IMG/VR virus record: IMGVR_UViG_3300042197_003184
Span: 1 to 64,000 of that record
Reading direction: 5' to 3' (one strand)
DNA: 64,000 nt
Origin: a virus
Shown here: in pieces, positions 47,301 to 54,282 of the stretch
How the letters are laid out: each line of letters starts with the position of its first letter
How positions within the stretch are numbered: the first letter of the stretch is position 1
The notes under the pieces: model-generated
The model's input: the letters and a program-made list of their open reading frames with translations, nothing else
Database searches by the model: none
What the model was told of the DNA's origin: nothing
Translations under genes and position numbers: made by a program

Positions 47301-49502
47301 TTCGGCAGTACCAGATATGATCCAGATCTCACAACGCTTACCAATCCCCCAGGACTACAAAAAACACTATTAGACTTAAGACAAAGATGGCTGTCAGAGC
47401 GTGGCTCTTCTTCATACGATCCTGATTTCGCTGCTTTTGACCAAGCATTAGTCAAACAACAAGACTACAGACTAGCTCTTTATGAGGCCGGTAAAAGAGC
47501 ACCAGGCACAATGATGGATAAATTTTATAAGGATTATCCCGACTTATTCCCGAGTTATGCTGGAGATATCAGCTACTCACCAGCCTCTACTTCGGCACTA
47601 TCGGATGCTGTACCAGTAGCAGCTAAACAACCTAACACATCAACGTCTACTGCTCCGACTGACAAGATTACAATAACCCCTCCCAATGACATAGCACAAC
47701 CAACCGCGATTTTCAACAGAATAAGAGCAACAAGACAACTACAGTCTTCAGCAGAAAATTCAGCTGGTATCAATCTATCAGCACCTGAACAATTGTCTTT
47801 GACAGAAGATGCTTTGTCCAGACTACAAGAAATTCAACTAGATAGCGACTACGTCAGCAATCGCGCCCTTGGTAATTTTCGCGGTGATATCAAACAGGGT
47901 GAATCCAAAACAGGATTGTTTAGTGGTACTATACAGATTGGAAAAAAGAGCATAGGCAATCTAGAAGTTTTAGGACACGAGAGACTACACGCCGCATCCT
48001 TTATCATGCAACAATTAGATAATATTACTGGAGGAAATATAGCTCCAGAAGTTTTAGATTTAATGGCGAACAAATTAAATTTAAATTTAAAATCGGTAGA
48101 GATAATAAGATCTGGCGCTGGTAAAAGAAGTCTAAATTTTGCAAAAAACACAACCGATCCAGAAAAGCTTTCCGCTTTACAAAACATGGATATTTTACCA
48201 GCATCACTACCGGATCAAAAAATACTAAAAGCCTCCGTTCTTGCAGAAAGATTCCTAGAAGAGTACCAGGTTGCTCAAGCATTAAAATTTGGAGAAAATA
48301 TATCTAATATAAATTTACGTAGTGTTGATACTACAAGAAAAGCCCTTCTAAAAGAACTATCACAATTTACAACAGCAGACAGTATAGCTCCAATTAAAAA
48401 GAGACTGTCAGAAGTTATTCCAACAAACAAATTAGATACACTACTTGATTCTGGTGCTGGTCCTTTTACTCCTAAAGATATATACCCACTTCCCACCAAT
48501 AAATCAGGAATACTAGATAATATCTTGTCTATTATACAGTCTCCTGGAAATCTGAGTGAAAATCTAGGTTCCAAACTAATGCAACAACCTGGCCTAAAAG
48601 ACTTTATCGACAAGATAGCGTCTGATAATCCTCAGGTAGCAAGCCTAGCAAAATCAGCTAAAACCCCATTAAAATTCTTAACTAATCTATCAACATTTGG
48701 ATTGGGGTTCTCTGCTGCTGGCATTGCTCTAAGAAATCTAATGTCAACAGATCCCAATCGGCCGAATGTTGTAGAGGCTCGAACCAGATCTTTGATGCCC
48801 GGAGAAAATCCAGAAGACCCAAATACTAAACCCTTAAGATCTTATTATTCTGACGGTACCCCAGTACCAGAAGACGAACAACCCAAAGAAACAAAAAGAA
48901 TGAGCACCGGAGGTATTGTTTATGCCAATAATGGTGCTTTTATAGCTGCTACCAGAGGATCTGACAGTGTTCCGGCAATGCTAACTCCGGGCGAGTTTGT
49001 GGTAAATAGACAAGCAGCAGCTAATAATATGACATTATTACATGCTATTAATAGTGGTCATTATACTCACGGAGGATTAGTTAAATATTTAGCTAATGGC
49101 GGGGTGGTACAGCCCAAATATTTGGAGTATGGCTCTCAAAACCCAGTAAATTCTATTAACAATCAGGCTGCTAATAGTGGTGTATTATCTAGTAGAGTTA
49201 GCCAGAATATGGTATCGCAACAGGTTCAGGCACCATCTTTTGACTACTCAAAAATGGAGCAATTATTTAATAGGTTTGAACAAGCTATGGATAGGAGCGC
49301 CAGCGCCATTAAAGACGGAGGCACAATCGAACACAAACTCACAGGAGAAGTCAAAACAGCATACGACCAGAAATCTATCCAAGATATTATTGGTAGATCT
49401 GTTGGTATCAGTAATTCCAACACTAACGCCCAAGTCAATAATGCTCAAGCAAATACAAATAGAACATTATTCAACAATACTGACGGAGCAATAGACCCCT
49501 AG
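32301..49502 (+). CDS. giant tape measure protein (TP901-type core) with embedded enzyme-like domains
   Basis: N-terminal TMP core (RESAETIATGLRTIFTRI); repeated DxxPAMLTPGEFVV motifs; HAD, PD-(D/E)xK-like and HExxH motifs. Confidence 0.88.
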   Translation: MAGFNLTAQLNLQGPSNVRKIVSDIQRQLGTIKGTIDFTLNPGTARNVTQLNSALKTLNTTFTTTNRTAVSAANAISQFNAAVSGINTRSLTTNIASSATATQKLTSQQRQASKAIDESAYSMQEFGKQSQLAIKRFIAYSAAAGPILAVANAARKGISAFIEFDSEVVKLQQVTGESAGGLKELTNTITSLSSGLGVSSSELVNVSSTLAQAGLSARDTEKALKALALSSLAPSFDNMNQTVEGSIALMRQFGIQAGSLEGALGSVNAVAARFAVEASDIIAAIQRTGGVFASASKGVSEGTDALNEFIAVFTSIRATTRESAETIATGLRTIFTRIQRGGTIDALKEYGVNLTDLDGKFVGAYKAVELLSKGLNQLDPRDIRFSKIVEELGGFRQIGKVIPLIQQFATAQEALAVAQQGQGSLTEDAAVAQLALANQISKVREEFLALFRDIGASDTFQTLAKGALQLTSAIIGVADSVKGVLPVLALIGSIKGTQALLEFGYGFTGRSSSGSNRKNTRNFATGGYVPGVGDTDSIPANLTPGEYVMSKRAVRSIGVGNLNKMNKAGGGKISDYGGAPAGTTINNRENKPVGISNDTFSYSGFFNPQGISVTISYDKKNKRYTAQAPAGSKVSLTKNDIKTLFKNNKASATRFEEISRGTLGGTLANTTDPNYPIDIIDGQKLYDTKLSVPGNYKEKEAVLKVLNYKLDKANIGYQYNQGSQAIKLSRPSPRLLGANLTPASDPLKARESFSFVYPKFENIQTKDIQDLQTDLQNRYETFSGLSSQQNSGKNLSDAANRLKNLSQSAIETYQSDARGMSAIDEISGDKNIINLLRNYSSRSSGGIIQKFATAGVVKEPQNIPDKVAELAAKKQLSIQDVILSEFQAITGARLKRDLGIPNAVSLPRVPDLRAGVGVDKIKELVNRYLHMKGIESAAKAEQIAKMRKVAIAGLFPLDYSKDFDDWTLEDGRQIYGMVRGFGSEFLDDIQLMQQRTMAARDEFAINVQNRKALGLLAGSSVQGPIQPLAIDFDETLALGTKMVDAQGEEDLAAYRDPTKVADSLAKARPTTLAQRMAEIEKSNPGVLRKYSRILTARPQETASIIAATLNRFGLPYLESDITGLAKGLGTNIPLAKANDLGIFEKLIDDSEANVKAVRSSGKNAFQYGEVEPLTSAAAGKIGQSNVEASILEGAIGQQLGYPIDIAALERNRAVDFPQGLGRAAQYFGIPPNIETEIKRTLDGDAFFKARGEFSRYFTENPSLFSNGGLVQFFADAGEIKDRSTKNRRRGAYGARGFVPLNSREYEAFADKAYAEAGPYGGPGWGKSAGVPMPKVLADYAEKINRYVFETGGAGLSIGKKLVRIPDNIEPEALEALKEDLIRQYDGWYAEIEEVMPFGKAINTSNPITVAKNARMQAAAMAEAGNAAYTQAEDAISGFKKTGILAGFDPSIESHIKTSFPAYIKELESSLRSETDPDEKSSIQRKLKKAQAAWPDYQSLLSGTPVANQGRITGLSETLNTLLERYGSPVSFGEIDNIIKAMGSKLLGKASGGLISSFASGGKIGLDDIRKTIEDKYPDYKFRINPKSSGFGYRMLVRPASKDAPESLMAFDLVSRLSDAPALAEKLIGRIQEQQGAQKFASGGYIPAMVSNGEAFVPPETAQKIGFHTLNRMNQADRNGMGQFAGGGDISLFKGPGSGTSDSIGPIPLPVGGFVIREAATRALGLSRKGGGPIGQIRSFAVGGNKGVPVLGTNRPDIVSRSTVAVSPDTIQGVATLIDILGELGSVAKNSADLIKTNGEISYKVVEKALVKDIERLKISGAGIDKIAIAEKLLSETRNKGKAEVDKQKNLQGLSSLRGSSTTAILGGQTVGNLQAGAGAGQQAIETQAQMIIEEKIKARGGKVSDKQRAKIVESSYVDAASQITGVNKKDFKAAGIGGSDIQQYIAESMRDRKTLSQMDKQLIAIKQEEVRRSANFSSLSRTEQQRLLQQAKQTAEQEIKTRREIVNQLAAEQGRAGVGDGSGSMASGLFRRLENPLVALGLSSMGSLLGSGTPGSSSEASQNAGIQSGISTLSQGLFLSGQVASILGPVAGGATLAASALASIASAFKDGRNAFIEFEKNLRSQRLQNTLEALGNTFAQLEKDVKNLDLQNQVSSQLVSAGSEAQSLNDIVTEIPKAFWVNMFDAAFSSNQREASDRSRILEKFGISAYLSSTSAFGSEDNRRFFNRQLIPEQALANARSFSEVGLNTRRFIENRADAGASLNEIMNSADFAQFARNIALSNVEVQKQILAIQNSTSANKEAEQQAIITRYAESETIKIAQAASRRRNSEGLDRETRSFSVSIQRISQNMQDVISVINSNLTRFNEKIEYTVAAMSGQARSGQVSFGTLDVLRSPNAFSGFDRQSAADRAGSLFGGDQKLISSLLVLNKNLEENIMRAIDSTIANNPSSSDTKIGLSIDQAVQNTINQLNLPDAITKQLSREIGLAVDRLRQSGKEKIDFEALKNEVPQLENIISSTRVAQEGAIKALENWQNQLNELTQAMNKSSDLQISAADRRNQAEDIVINSSIELAKALGRNFSAGFGNNLRDRRTARLTGGATSPEDISNRLRNLTQLGESQSASLAAQSERSVGDTGSLDSIVANQRALRQTNNELRQTQQALKNLAENSEAASLALSSIQETQQRQQGRVALIEKLVSSTPEELYKFSAAADRLQKIARGQPVNQTSDERRETLSVFNDIAPMLGSSLEANNMRANMLESMLSESGVGLTPQFQAILNALRDPQTDPATQKAIEEYSKAIDIQSRANIELAKINTDLADQIADASARALKDALTNQVVKFESTQLADIARGLRSLTTTTQNQAAPPVARADGGIIYAATGTNVPDFAPRGTDTVPAMLTPGEFVVNRSATQKNLPLLNAINNGYSKGGRVSYYQDGGYVSSTLREEYQNREPFKESKGSYMVLPENIGEPEDLYTWNKVRSVAVPSTDNVEKININSKPNDQLYIKANRQLGYGYTGFRAQYDTSAGEYSFWRFNPEGSLSPSILKPLGRYYLSPRLLELGSGSEKQKLVDQTGIPNRTEIEDYTARLNNILKHLPSKASRSAGQGTIEIDGSKIIVEDQKFAGSTGQLTAYTKNQEVVVKNLAKSLDSNLNYGLYTSSPMVGLTHSLDSIMDFSGDHWGRFFFGSAAQTRKESSGSSESLLRSTSGGKYALTYNPKLDSLFDPDKLPDIISALKSSQEALANEEFATSDKNTGIDKQNTALRELYIGTIAKQILEGRASSNQQDGQSTDKEYAYKFGPEFANASKLTVYGVTTDEWTKSRDGSASYLQRFQSIIGKQKEAKYWDPDGTYKTPFDIAPRSDLNSKKFFPWVAGDAPDLAVLDAELKERADATQAETYGKQGDTILKSGRFKFNELPFTVPYAMSYVSLEKPKKYDAATGTYTDENLLPNGLQKADIISSDNLFRKAKDDFPSVTAITDATGSNDSSGSLGYVAGLIQNFVNQSDRFKKYFGLIKTSYSEDQPSVELQKLKSQLKYSTINLAGSQSPFFGFLTGSNKQYTGYDSLTRPLTIGDVLLDLIDREAKNKTSTLSAIKNQRYSSKPEDSDNKTNFKLSQYPALAQGLIYSAYDLFGSGKTYEMPNSLGRGWFSPRMSQRYNSIFEIQPELIQDYMKQLSIIFGNQYANLESNLSRFVGTPEYDKAIETMSYLQGAQKAFFMIGDPATGTSVLGGLLDRSMFDDRVFDQAEKEAITNVFKSLGASGKDSRIRSRLLDTISEDEKVDWERQLTGSRINDPKTKNSATQEFGEVNVPQTFNDLFDLGINPYNQFTNRNIRKSIFDRFLSNIATAQDRRGRPLFSTSGGKEFGDALSNLRLWYGGNDEDWQGLDYLYDKNIKPIENTDTVPSYNDRWNELNSFNRKDNLYKDAETSHSLVGGREKFGELPPLDFYKDRGDEIQYRRTGGIIYASQGSLVNFEPRGTDTVPAMLTPGEFVVNRSATQKHLPLLRAINDGAKGYSSGGVVYLSSGGLTPAQETRFNELSGMSSRNREEENEYIDLKNKRMSGGAQSSSTTTQSNIQQSRRTAVRERNQRMALMAIPPNERTPEQQERYNALIAKRDKDRPEIAKRNANYRASQAYNAEAERRSNERLVNQYADEYRSSGSELSPEEWAAQNKPGMRGQRLDGFLARVSGSDYDYGRKMTDQEFADAGTANRARLDASTQQKAQQYTSGSSPAQQPAAQTGSKPMLPPSEQEQEPADSTVPSIPAPPAPAAEPPKPAPAPAVEPPKPAPAPAVEPPKPAPAPAPAPAVEPPKPATVPAPVWARGGTDEDPFAERAKPSPADAAKTRAEERRTASEEQQTEARKERRELRRAAAQQREDIIAETRRRLEMTISREEATIKDKAKNREESGWWAASMRGMGLMSDPYEAEMAASRQRITAARMGLSELKTATVDVSPSGYVRDTFKVENFNAARRLAGLDEVTTGVDSAGNMTVSRVEKDETEKANDAARRAADTAYSRQLMDNEQSQITAARDISIDSVLAVGGVATGVAGMATRGGTMALQQAGKIGLRQVAKTAALEGAAEGLAGGTTRAIDDVTRGAKTTQEGISSALLESTIGGVAGSVLGPAFSVGIPAAGRVLSGMGSFVGDMASPITKPIGDLMSSTYDSISRGLSGMSDYLDLPTQSRYSALLPSDPKQAKQYRALVSAGRGPREAIEELDEILRTGSNRFDKQEEAFAQWTSKNLFDFVGMQPGSLVSRLRSNPLDGLFDNINSGPGIGRPRGSLSEIAGVDKYRIPNLSDEAARPVQKMKVTAAQVTEYQKLIDSGMNPASAQQQALRQTSTTETAPATAAQIYRQNLPRAIDDPSRMEQGLYRTQVRKGSYDNPDNMNRWFYPKNPGIDMIGDSINTGYKPRFAVKEGKMNEMIERMAADERLSWMLGPSGFKQQPFGEEVLSGRDNRFLVLYSSRGTSDEALAITQRMEEIGEDLLFAGGAKDYGDRMALGKFGSTRYDPDLTTLTNPPGLQKTLLDLRQRWLSERGSSSYDPDFAAFDQALVKQQDYRLALYEAGKRAPGTMMDKFYKDYPDLFPSYAGDISYSPASTSALSDAVPVAAKQPNTSTSTAPTDKITITPPNDIAQPTAIFNRIRATRQLQSSAENSAGINLSAPEQLSLTEDALSRLQEIQLDSDYVSNRALGNFRGDIKQGESKTGLFSGTIQIGKKSIGNLEVLGHERLHAASFIMQQLDNITGGNIAPEVLDLMANKLNLNLKSVEIIRSGAGKRSLNFAKNTTDPEKLSALQNMDILPASLPDQKILKASVLAERFLEEYQVAQALKFGENISNINLRSVDTTRKALLKELSQFTTADSIAPIKKRLSEVIPTNKLDTLLDSGAGPFTPKDIYPLPTNKSGILDNILSIIQSPGNLSENLGSKLMQQPGLKDFIDKIASDNPQVASLAKSAKTPLKFLTNLSTFGLGFSAAGIALRNLMSTDPNRPNVVEARTRSLMPGENPEDPNTKPLRSYYSDGTPVPEDEQPKETKRMSTGGIVYANNGAFIAATRGSDSVPAMLTPGEFVVNRQAAANNMTLLHAINSGHYTHGGLVKYLANGGVVQPKYLEYGSQNPVNSINNQAANSGVLSSRVSQNMVSQQVQAPSFDYSKMEQLFNRFEQAMDRSASAIKDGGTIEHKLTGEVKTAYDQKSIQDIIGRSVGISNSNTNAQVNNAQANTNRTLFNNTDGAIDP
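45081..45250 (+). repeat. coding tandem repeat (PAPAVEPPK)n
   Basis: 33-bp units within the tape measure gene. Confidence 0.9.
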
Positions 49503-49532
49503 AAGCAATTCTTAAACACATAGAGATTAATT

Positions 49533-51215
49533 ATGATAAATAAATCAATAAAAATTATCGACGGAGTTTGCTGTTCTTTTGCCATAAAGGATGGAATGTT
49601 AGCTCTGGGGCCTTCTGTATCTGGGTTTAAAACCCTAAGTATACATGATGAAAGTAAAATAATTCCTTATTTATGTCGAAACACTATCAGCACAGGAGTC
49701 GAATGGGAGGTTGGAATTGGCGAAGTTGTAGTGGTTGACGGGGTGGTTTGTGTAAGCAGAATTAGAGTGCTGTCTTCTTCTAATAATAATAACGTAGTAT
49801 CATTTACTGACCTTAAAGATCCAACATTTTTTATTGTGGCTAATGAGTACAGCTTTGATACCGCATTCAATAATTTGGTTAGTAAAAATACTGATTTTAA
49901 TGTTGATAATGTTAGAACCACTTATTTCGTAGACTCATCCAACCGAACGGTGACAGCAACACTTCCATCTGCTAAGAATAATCCCAATTTAGTTGTTGAG
50001 TTTAAATTATCTACTAGCAATAATTATTGTTATATTGTAACTAGTAACAAAGAATCCATAGATGGATTATCTACTGTAGTTCTAGATGGTAATAAAAAAT
50101 ATACCAAATTAATATCAACGGGTTATGATTGGACAGAACTTGTTAACCATATGATTGTTCCGCCAATGATAGCATCATTGCCTGAGCCAGAACTTTCTAC
50201 GCAGAACTTTGCTATGCTATCCTCCGTACCCGGTTCTGGTTTACCAAACGGACCACTAAACTCCGTACAGTTCAATAACAACGGACTATTCGATGGCGCA
50301 GACATCTATACTGCTCCAGGTTTTGTCTACTTTGGTGGTTCCGGTAGTACAGACTCTCACGCACAAATTGCCACTACCGGTAATCAACCAAATATTTTTA
50401 ATACTAAGTATACCGTATCAGATTTTATTGTAAGAGGCAGTTCTGTTCATAAGAATTTAATTTTTACTCACGACGGTAAACTTGGTATTAATATGCCATC
50501 CGGACTCAAGCCTAATACAGCTTTACATATTAATAACAATGGTTGTATAGACGGTATACGTTTAGAGAACAACAACAACTGCCACCCAGCATCACTGACC
50601 CTATATCATAAACCATCCACTGTTCCGCCAACAGGCACCATTGCTGCTCAAATCAATCTATCTGGTAAAAACAGTAATAACTACCAAACCAATTATGTAC
50701 AGTTAAAATCTAGAATTCTTAATAATATACTGGGAAGTACCGCTGGTGAATTCGTTTTATCTGTTGATAATTCTGGATCCATGAGAGACGTTTTGGTTGC
50801 CAATAAAGACTTTATGAGCATTAACTACGGCAATAATTCTATTAGAGTATCGACTTCCGGCACATTCATATCCGGACCAGTAGATATTTCTACTTTTAAT
50901 ATCGATGGTGGTGTGGTTGTATTTGGGGGTTTGTCTTCTGACAATAGTCCAAGTACAACGGTCACGCCGACCCCAACAGCTACCGAAACTCCTACTCCCA
51001 CACCGAGCGTTACTCCATTTAATACTCCAACAAATACCACAACTCCCACACCAACACCGACCCCAACGGCGACCCCAACCGAAACACCAACTAATACTCC
51101 ATCAGTAACCCCAACTGAAACTCCCACAGTAACGCCGACCGAAACACCAACGGTTACCCCAACTGAAACCCCAACACCGACCCCAACAGCAACTCCAATA
51201 GAAACTTCAGAATAA
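49533..51215 (+). CDS. tail fibre/appendage protein with C-terminal Pro/Thr repeats
   Basis: [26 protein letters not shown] fibre motifs; (TP)n tail. Confidence 0.7.
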   Translation: MINKSIKIIDGVCCSFAIKDGMLALGPSVSGFKTLSIHDESKIIPYLCRNTISTGVEWEVGIGEVVVVDGVVCVSRIRVLSSSNNNNVVSFTDLKDPTFFIVANEYSFDTAFNNLVSKNTDFNVDNVRTTYFVDSSNRTVTATLPSAKNNPNLVVEFKLSTSNNYCYIVTSNKESIDGLSTVVLDGNKKYTKLISTGYDWTELVNHMIVPPMIASLPEPELSTQNFAMLSSVPGSGLPNGPLNSVQFNNNGLFDGADIYTAPGFVYFGGSGSTDSHAQIATTGNQPNIFNTKYTVSDFIVRGSSVHKNLIFTHDGKLGINMPSGLKPNTALHINNNGCIDGIRLENNNNCHPASLTLYHKPSTVPPTGTIAAQINLSGKNSNNYQTNYVQLKSRILNNILGSTAGEFVLSVDNSGSMRDVLVANKDFMSINYGNNSIRVSTSGTFISGPVDISTFNIDGGVVVFGGLSSDNSPSTTVTPTPTATETPTPTPSVTPFNTPTNTTTPTPTPTPTATPTETPTNTPSVTPTETPTVTPTETPTVTPTETPTPTPTATPIETSE

Positions 51216-51231
51216 ACATCGGAGCTAAACA

Positions 51232-51732
51232 ATGAGCTTTATATTCAAAAGAGATTTAACTACTACAAATGCACCGCTAGATAGTCAATTAGATATTGGT
51301 GAGTTTGGCTTTAATGCCAAAACAGGTATTCTATATGGTAGAAGATTAGACGGTAAGATTATTAAGTTTATGTCCGTAGCTATAGATGATACTTCGCCAG
51401 CTAGTGATATGTTGCGATTTGTTCCTATCATAAAGTTTTCGGATGTTTCCGGCTTCTGTTGTAATGGAGATTCTGTTATTGTAACAGTAGACAATCTTTT
51501 GGTTAACGAGTCGTACACTTATTTGGTTACAGACATGGTAGCCGGTTCAACAAGTTATCTTAGCGTTAGTAGTGGTATTATGAGTCCTATCACAAGCTCT
51601 CGAAGAGAAGTATCTATTAATATAGGTATTAGTAATATTCAAAACAATGCTCTAATCAAGTTTAGTGTGCTAAAAGATGGCGTAATCTTATCAGAAAATA
51701 TTCTCCCAATTTGTTGCACCACCTGCTCATAG
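51232..51732 (+). CDS. small virion appendage protein
   Basis: IFKR...LDIGEFGFN...G.LY fibre N-terminal motif. Confidence 0.6.
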   Translation: MSFIFKRDLTTTNAPLDSQLDIGEFGFNAKTGILYGRRLDGKIIKFMSVAIDDTSPASDMLRFVPIIKFSDVSGFCCNGDSVIVTVDNLLVNESYTYLVTDMVAGSTSYLSVSSGIMSPITSSRREVSINIGISNIQNNALIKFSVLKDGVILSENILPICCTTCS

Positions 51733-51745
51733 GATATCCAATCAA

Positions 51746-54019
51746 ATGCCAAAAACGTTTAAGGTTCAGTATCCTGCTAATGTTTGCGAAAGCGGAGCAT
51801 TAATATCTTTTACCGGTATTAATGTTTTAAAACCTAACAATAATTATTTAATTTTCTTTTACCAGGTTAATAGCATACCTTTCGGATATGTACAATTCAA
51901 TCCATCATATTACTACCTGAAGCCTATCAACGAAGACCCTGTATCAATCCATACTTATGCTAAAATTTTAACAAATAACAGTCCAAATAATTCTAGTAGT
52001 AGCATTATTGAATTATCTATTTGGGATGCCAATACAAAATTAGTTTTTGATGACAATGACACCCCCGTTTATAGAGAAAGATGTAATATCAAATGCGGTA
52101 GTTTATGTGATCCCAGCGGCGTACCTGTCTATTCCTCAGAAGTTGCTGCTAGACTGCCGTCTCCTACGCCCACATTAACCGCTACCATAACCCCCACTAT
52201 TAGTATAACCCCAACCGTTAGTTCTAGTCCCACCCAAACACCAACCAACACTCCCACACCGACACTGACTCCCACAGTAACTCCTACTGTTACCGAGACA
52301 CCAACCAATACCCCGACATCTTCACCAACCAATACTCCCAGTATTACTCCTAGCGTTACTCCGACCATTACACCAACCATTACCGAAACCCCAACTCATA
52401 CACCCACACCAACAGAAACTCCCACCAACACACCCACTCCAACCGAAACCCCGACTAACACTCCGACTCCAACAGAAACCCCAACCAATACTCCGACACC
52501 CACAGAAACCCCCACCAATACCCCTACTCCTAGTATAACCCCCACAGAGACGCCTACTGTAACACCAACAGAAACACCTACGCCTACTGTAACTATAACA
52601 CCTACCGAAACACCTACGGTTACTCCTACTGACACTCCTACGCCAACACCAACCGAGACGCCAACCAACACACCTACTGAGACACCAACGGTAACACCTA
52701 CTGAAACGCCTACACCAACACCAACGGTGACTCCGACAGAAACACCAACACTCACTCCTACTGAAACTCCCACAGAAACACCAACCAATACTCCGTCGGT
52801 TACCCCAACCGAAACACCAACGGTCACCCCAACCGAAACACCAACAGCTACCCCAACCGAAACACCAACTTCTACACCAACCGAAACCCCAACCAATACC
52901 CCGACCTCTACGCCAACACCTACTGTTACTCCAACAGTGACCGAAACTCCAACCAACACCCCTACTCCTTCTAATATAGCATTAGACTGGAAGCTTCTTG
53001 GTTCTTATTATTGGCCCAGAACGAAACTAAGTATTGATCAAACTATCAGCACTGCCAGTGTCAATAATGTTTCTACTAATGTTAGTGGTTTTAATGGAGG
53101 ATTTATAGGCGGAGTCTTGCTCGAAGACGGTAGAGTGTTTTGTGTTCCTTCCGACGGTACCGTTGCAAATATTTATAATCCCAACACAAATAGTATTACC
53201 GTTCCCAATGGCAGCTATGCTGGTAACAACGCCTATAGAGGCGGAGTATTAATGCATGACGGCAGAGTATTTATGGTCCCACACAATAGTACATCTGCCC
53301 TGATATATAATTCCTCAACTAACACCACTAGTACACCTATTGGTACATATCCAGGAAATGCGGCATTTTTTGGTGGAGTGGTTTTACCGGACGGTAGAGT
53401 ATTCTGCATTCCACACAACAGCACTTCTGCAATAATTTACAATCCAATTACTAATACAACCTCAAATGCTATCGGATCATTCCCTGGTGCAGAAGGCTTT
53501 GCCGGAGGAGTATTAATGTCTGACGGCAGGGTATTCTGCGTACCATATTCTTCCTCGACAGCTAGAATATATGATCCAAATACCAATGCTGTTACTGTAG
53601 CAGGTGGGACTTATTCTGGTAAATATAATGGCGGAGTTTTATTGCCAGACGGTAAGATTTTCTGTGTACCATATGGCGCTACCCAAGCAGTAGTATATAA
53701 TCCTTCTAATAATACTGTATCTACTGTAGGCGGTATATCATATACAGGAGCTAGTTCAGCTCACTTTGGGGGAGTTTTATTACCAGACGGTAGGGTATTA
53801 TGTGTGCCGTTTGGTTCTAGTAATTTGCGCATATATAATCCTGCCAATAATACTACACTAGAGTTGTCAGGCTATTCCACATATGCATATTCCGGTGCTG
53901 TTGTGATGTTGGATGGTAGGGTATTATTAATACCAAAAACCAGTAATGGTCGCTTATACGGAGGAAATACTGGTTTTGATAGAAATGTTAGCTTGTCTTC
54001 TTACTATAATAAATTATAA
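51746..54019 (+). CDS. appendage protein: mucin-like PT stalk plus 7-bladed kelch-like beta-propeller
   Basis: about 280 aa of TPT repeats; seven [14 protein letters not shown] repeats. Confidence 0.8.
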   Translation: MPKTFKVQYPANVCESGALISFTGINVLKPNNNYLIFFYQVNSIPFGYVQFNPSYYYLKPINEDPVSIHTYAKILTNNSPNNSSSSIIELSIWDANTKLVFDDNDTPVYRERCNIKCGSLCDPSGVPVYSSEVAARLPSPTPTLTATITPTISITPTVSSSPTQTPTNTPTPTLTPTVTPTVTETPTNTPTSSPTNTPSITPSVTPTITPTITETPTHTPTPTETPTNTPTPTETPTNTPTPTETPTNTPTPTETPTNTPTPSITPTETPTVTPTETPTPTVTITPTETPTVTPTDTPTPTPTETPTNTPTETPTVTPTETPTPTPTVTPTETPTLTPTETPTETPTNTPSVTPTETPTVTPTETPTATPTETPTSTPTETPTNTPTSTPTPTVTPTVTETPTNTPTPSNIALDWKLLGSYYWPRTKLSIDQTISTASVNNVSTNVSGFNGGFIGGVLLEDGRVFCVPSDGTVANIYNPNTNSITVPNGSYAGNNAYRGGVLMHDGRVFMVPHNSTSALIYNSSTNTTSTPIGTYPGNAAFFGGVVLPDGRVFCIPHNSTSAIIYNPITNTTSNAIGSFPGAEGFAGGVLMSDGRVFCVPYSSSTARIYDPNTNAVTVAGGTYSGKYNGGVLLPDGKIFCVPYGATQAVVYNPSNNTVSTVGGISYTGASSAHFGGVLLPDGRVLCVPFGSSNLRIYNPANNTTLELSGYSTYAYSGAVVMLDGRVLLIPKTSNGRLYGGNTGFDRNVSLSSYYNKL

Positions 54020-54030
54020 GGAATAGAGTA

Positions 54031-54255
54031 ATGATTGTTTATGAAAAAGATAATCAAATTGCATTGGTAACATTAATACACGACAATGGCTATATTGTTT
54101 CGGTATATAATTCTTTCGAGGATTTTGTGTCTGGATCTTCTCCTACTCAAAGCTATGAATTAAATGGCACTGTTAATCAGGATAATATCCTAACTATTTT
54201 ACCAAACTGGCAAATATCTCATAGAGATGATAATACATGGGAAAAAATTAATTAG
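54031..54255 (+). CDS. hypothetical protein
   Basis: AAGGA SD. Confidence 0.65.
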   Translation: MIVYEKDNQIALVTLIHDNGYIVSVYNSFEDFVSGSSPTQSYELNGTVNQDNILTILPNWQISHRDDNTWEKIN

Positions 54256-54282
54256 ATAATTTAATATAAGGAATTTGCTAGT

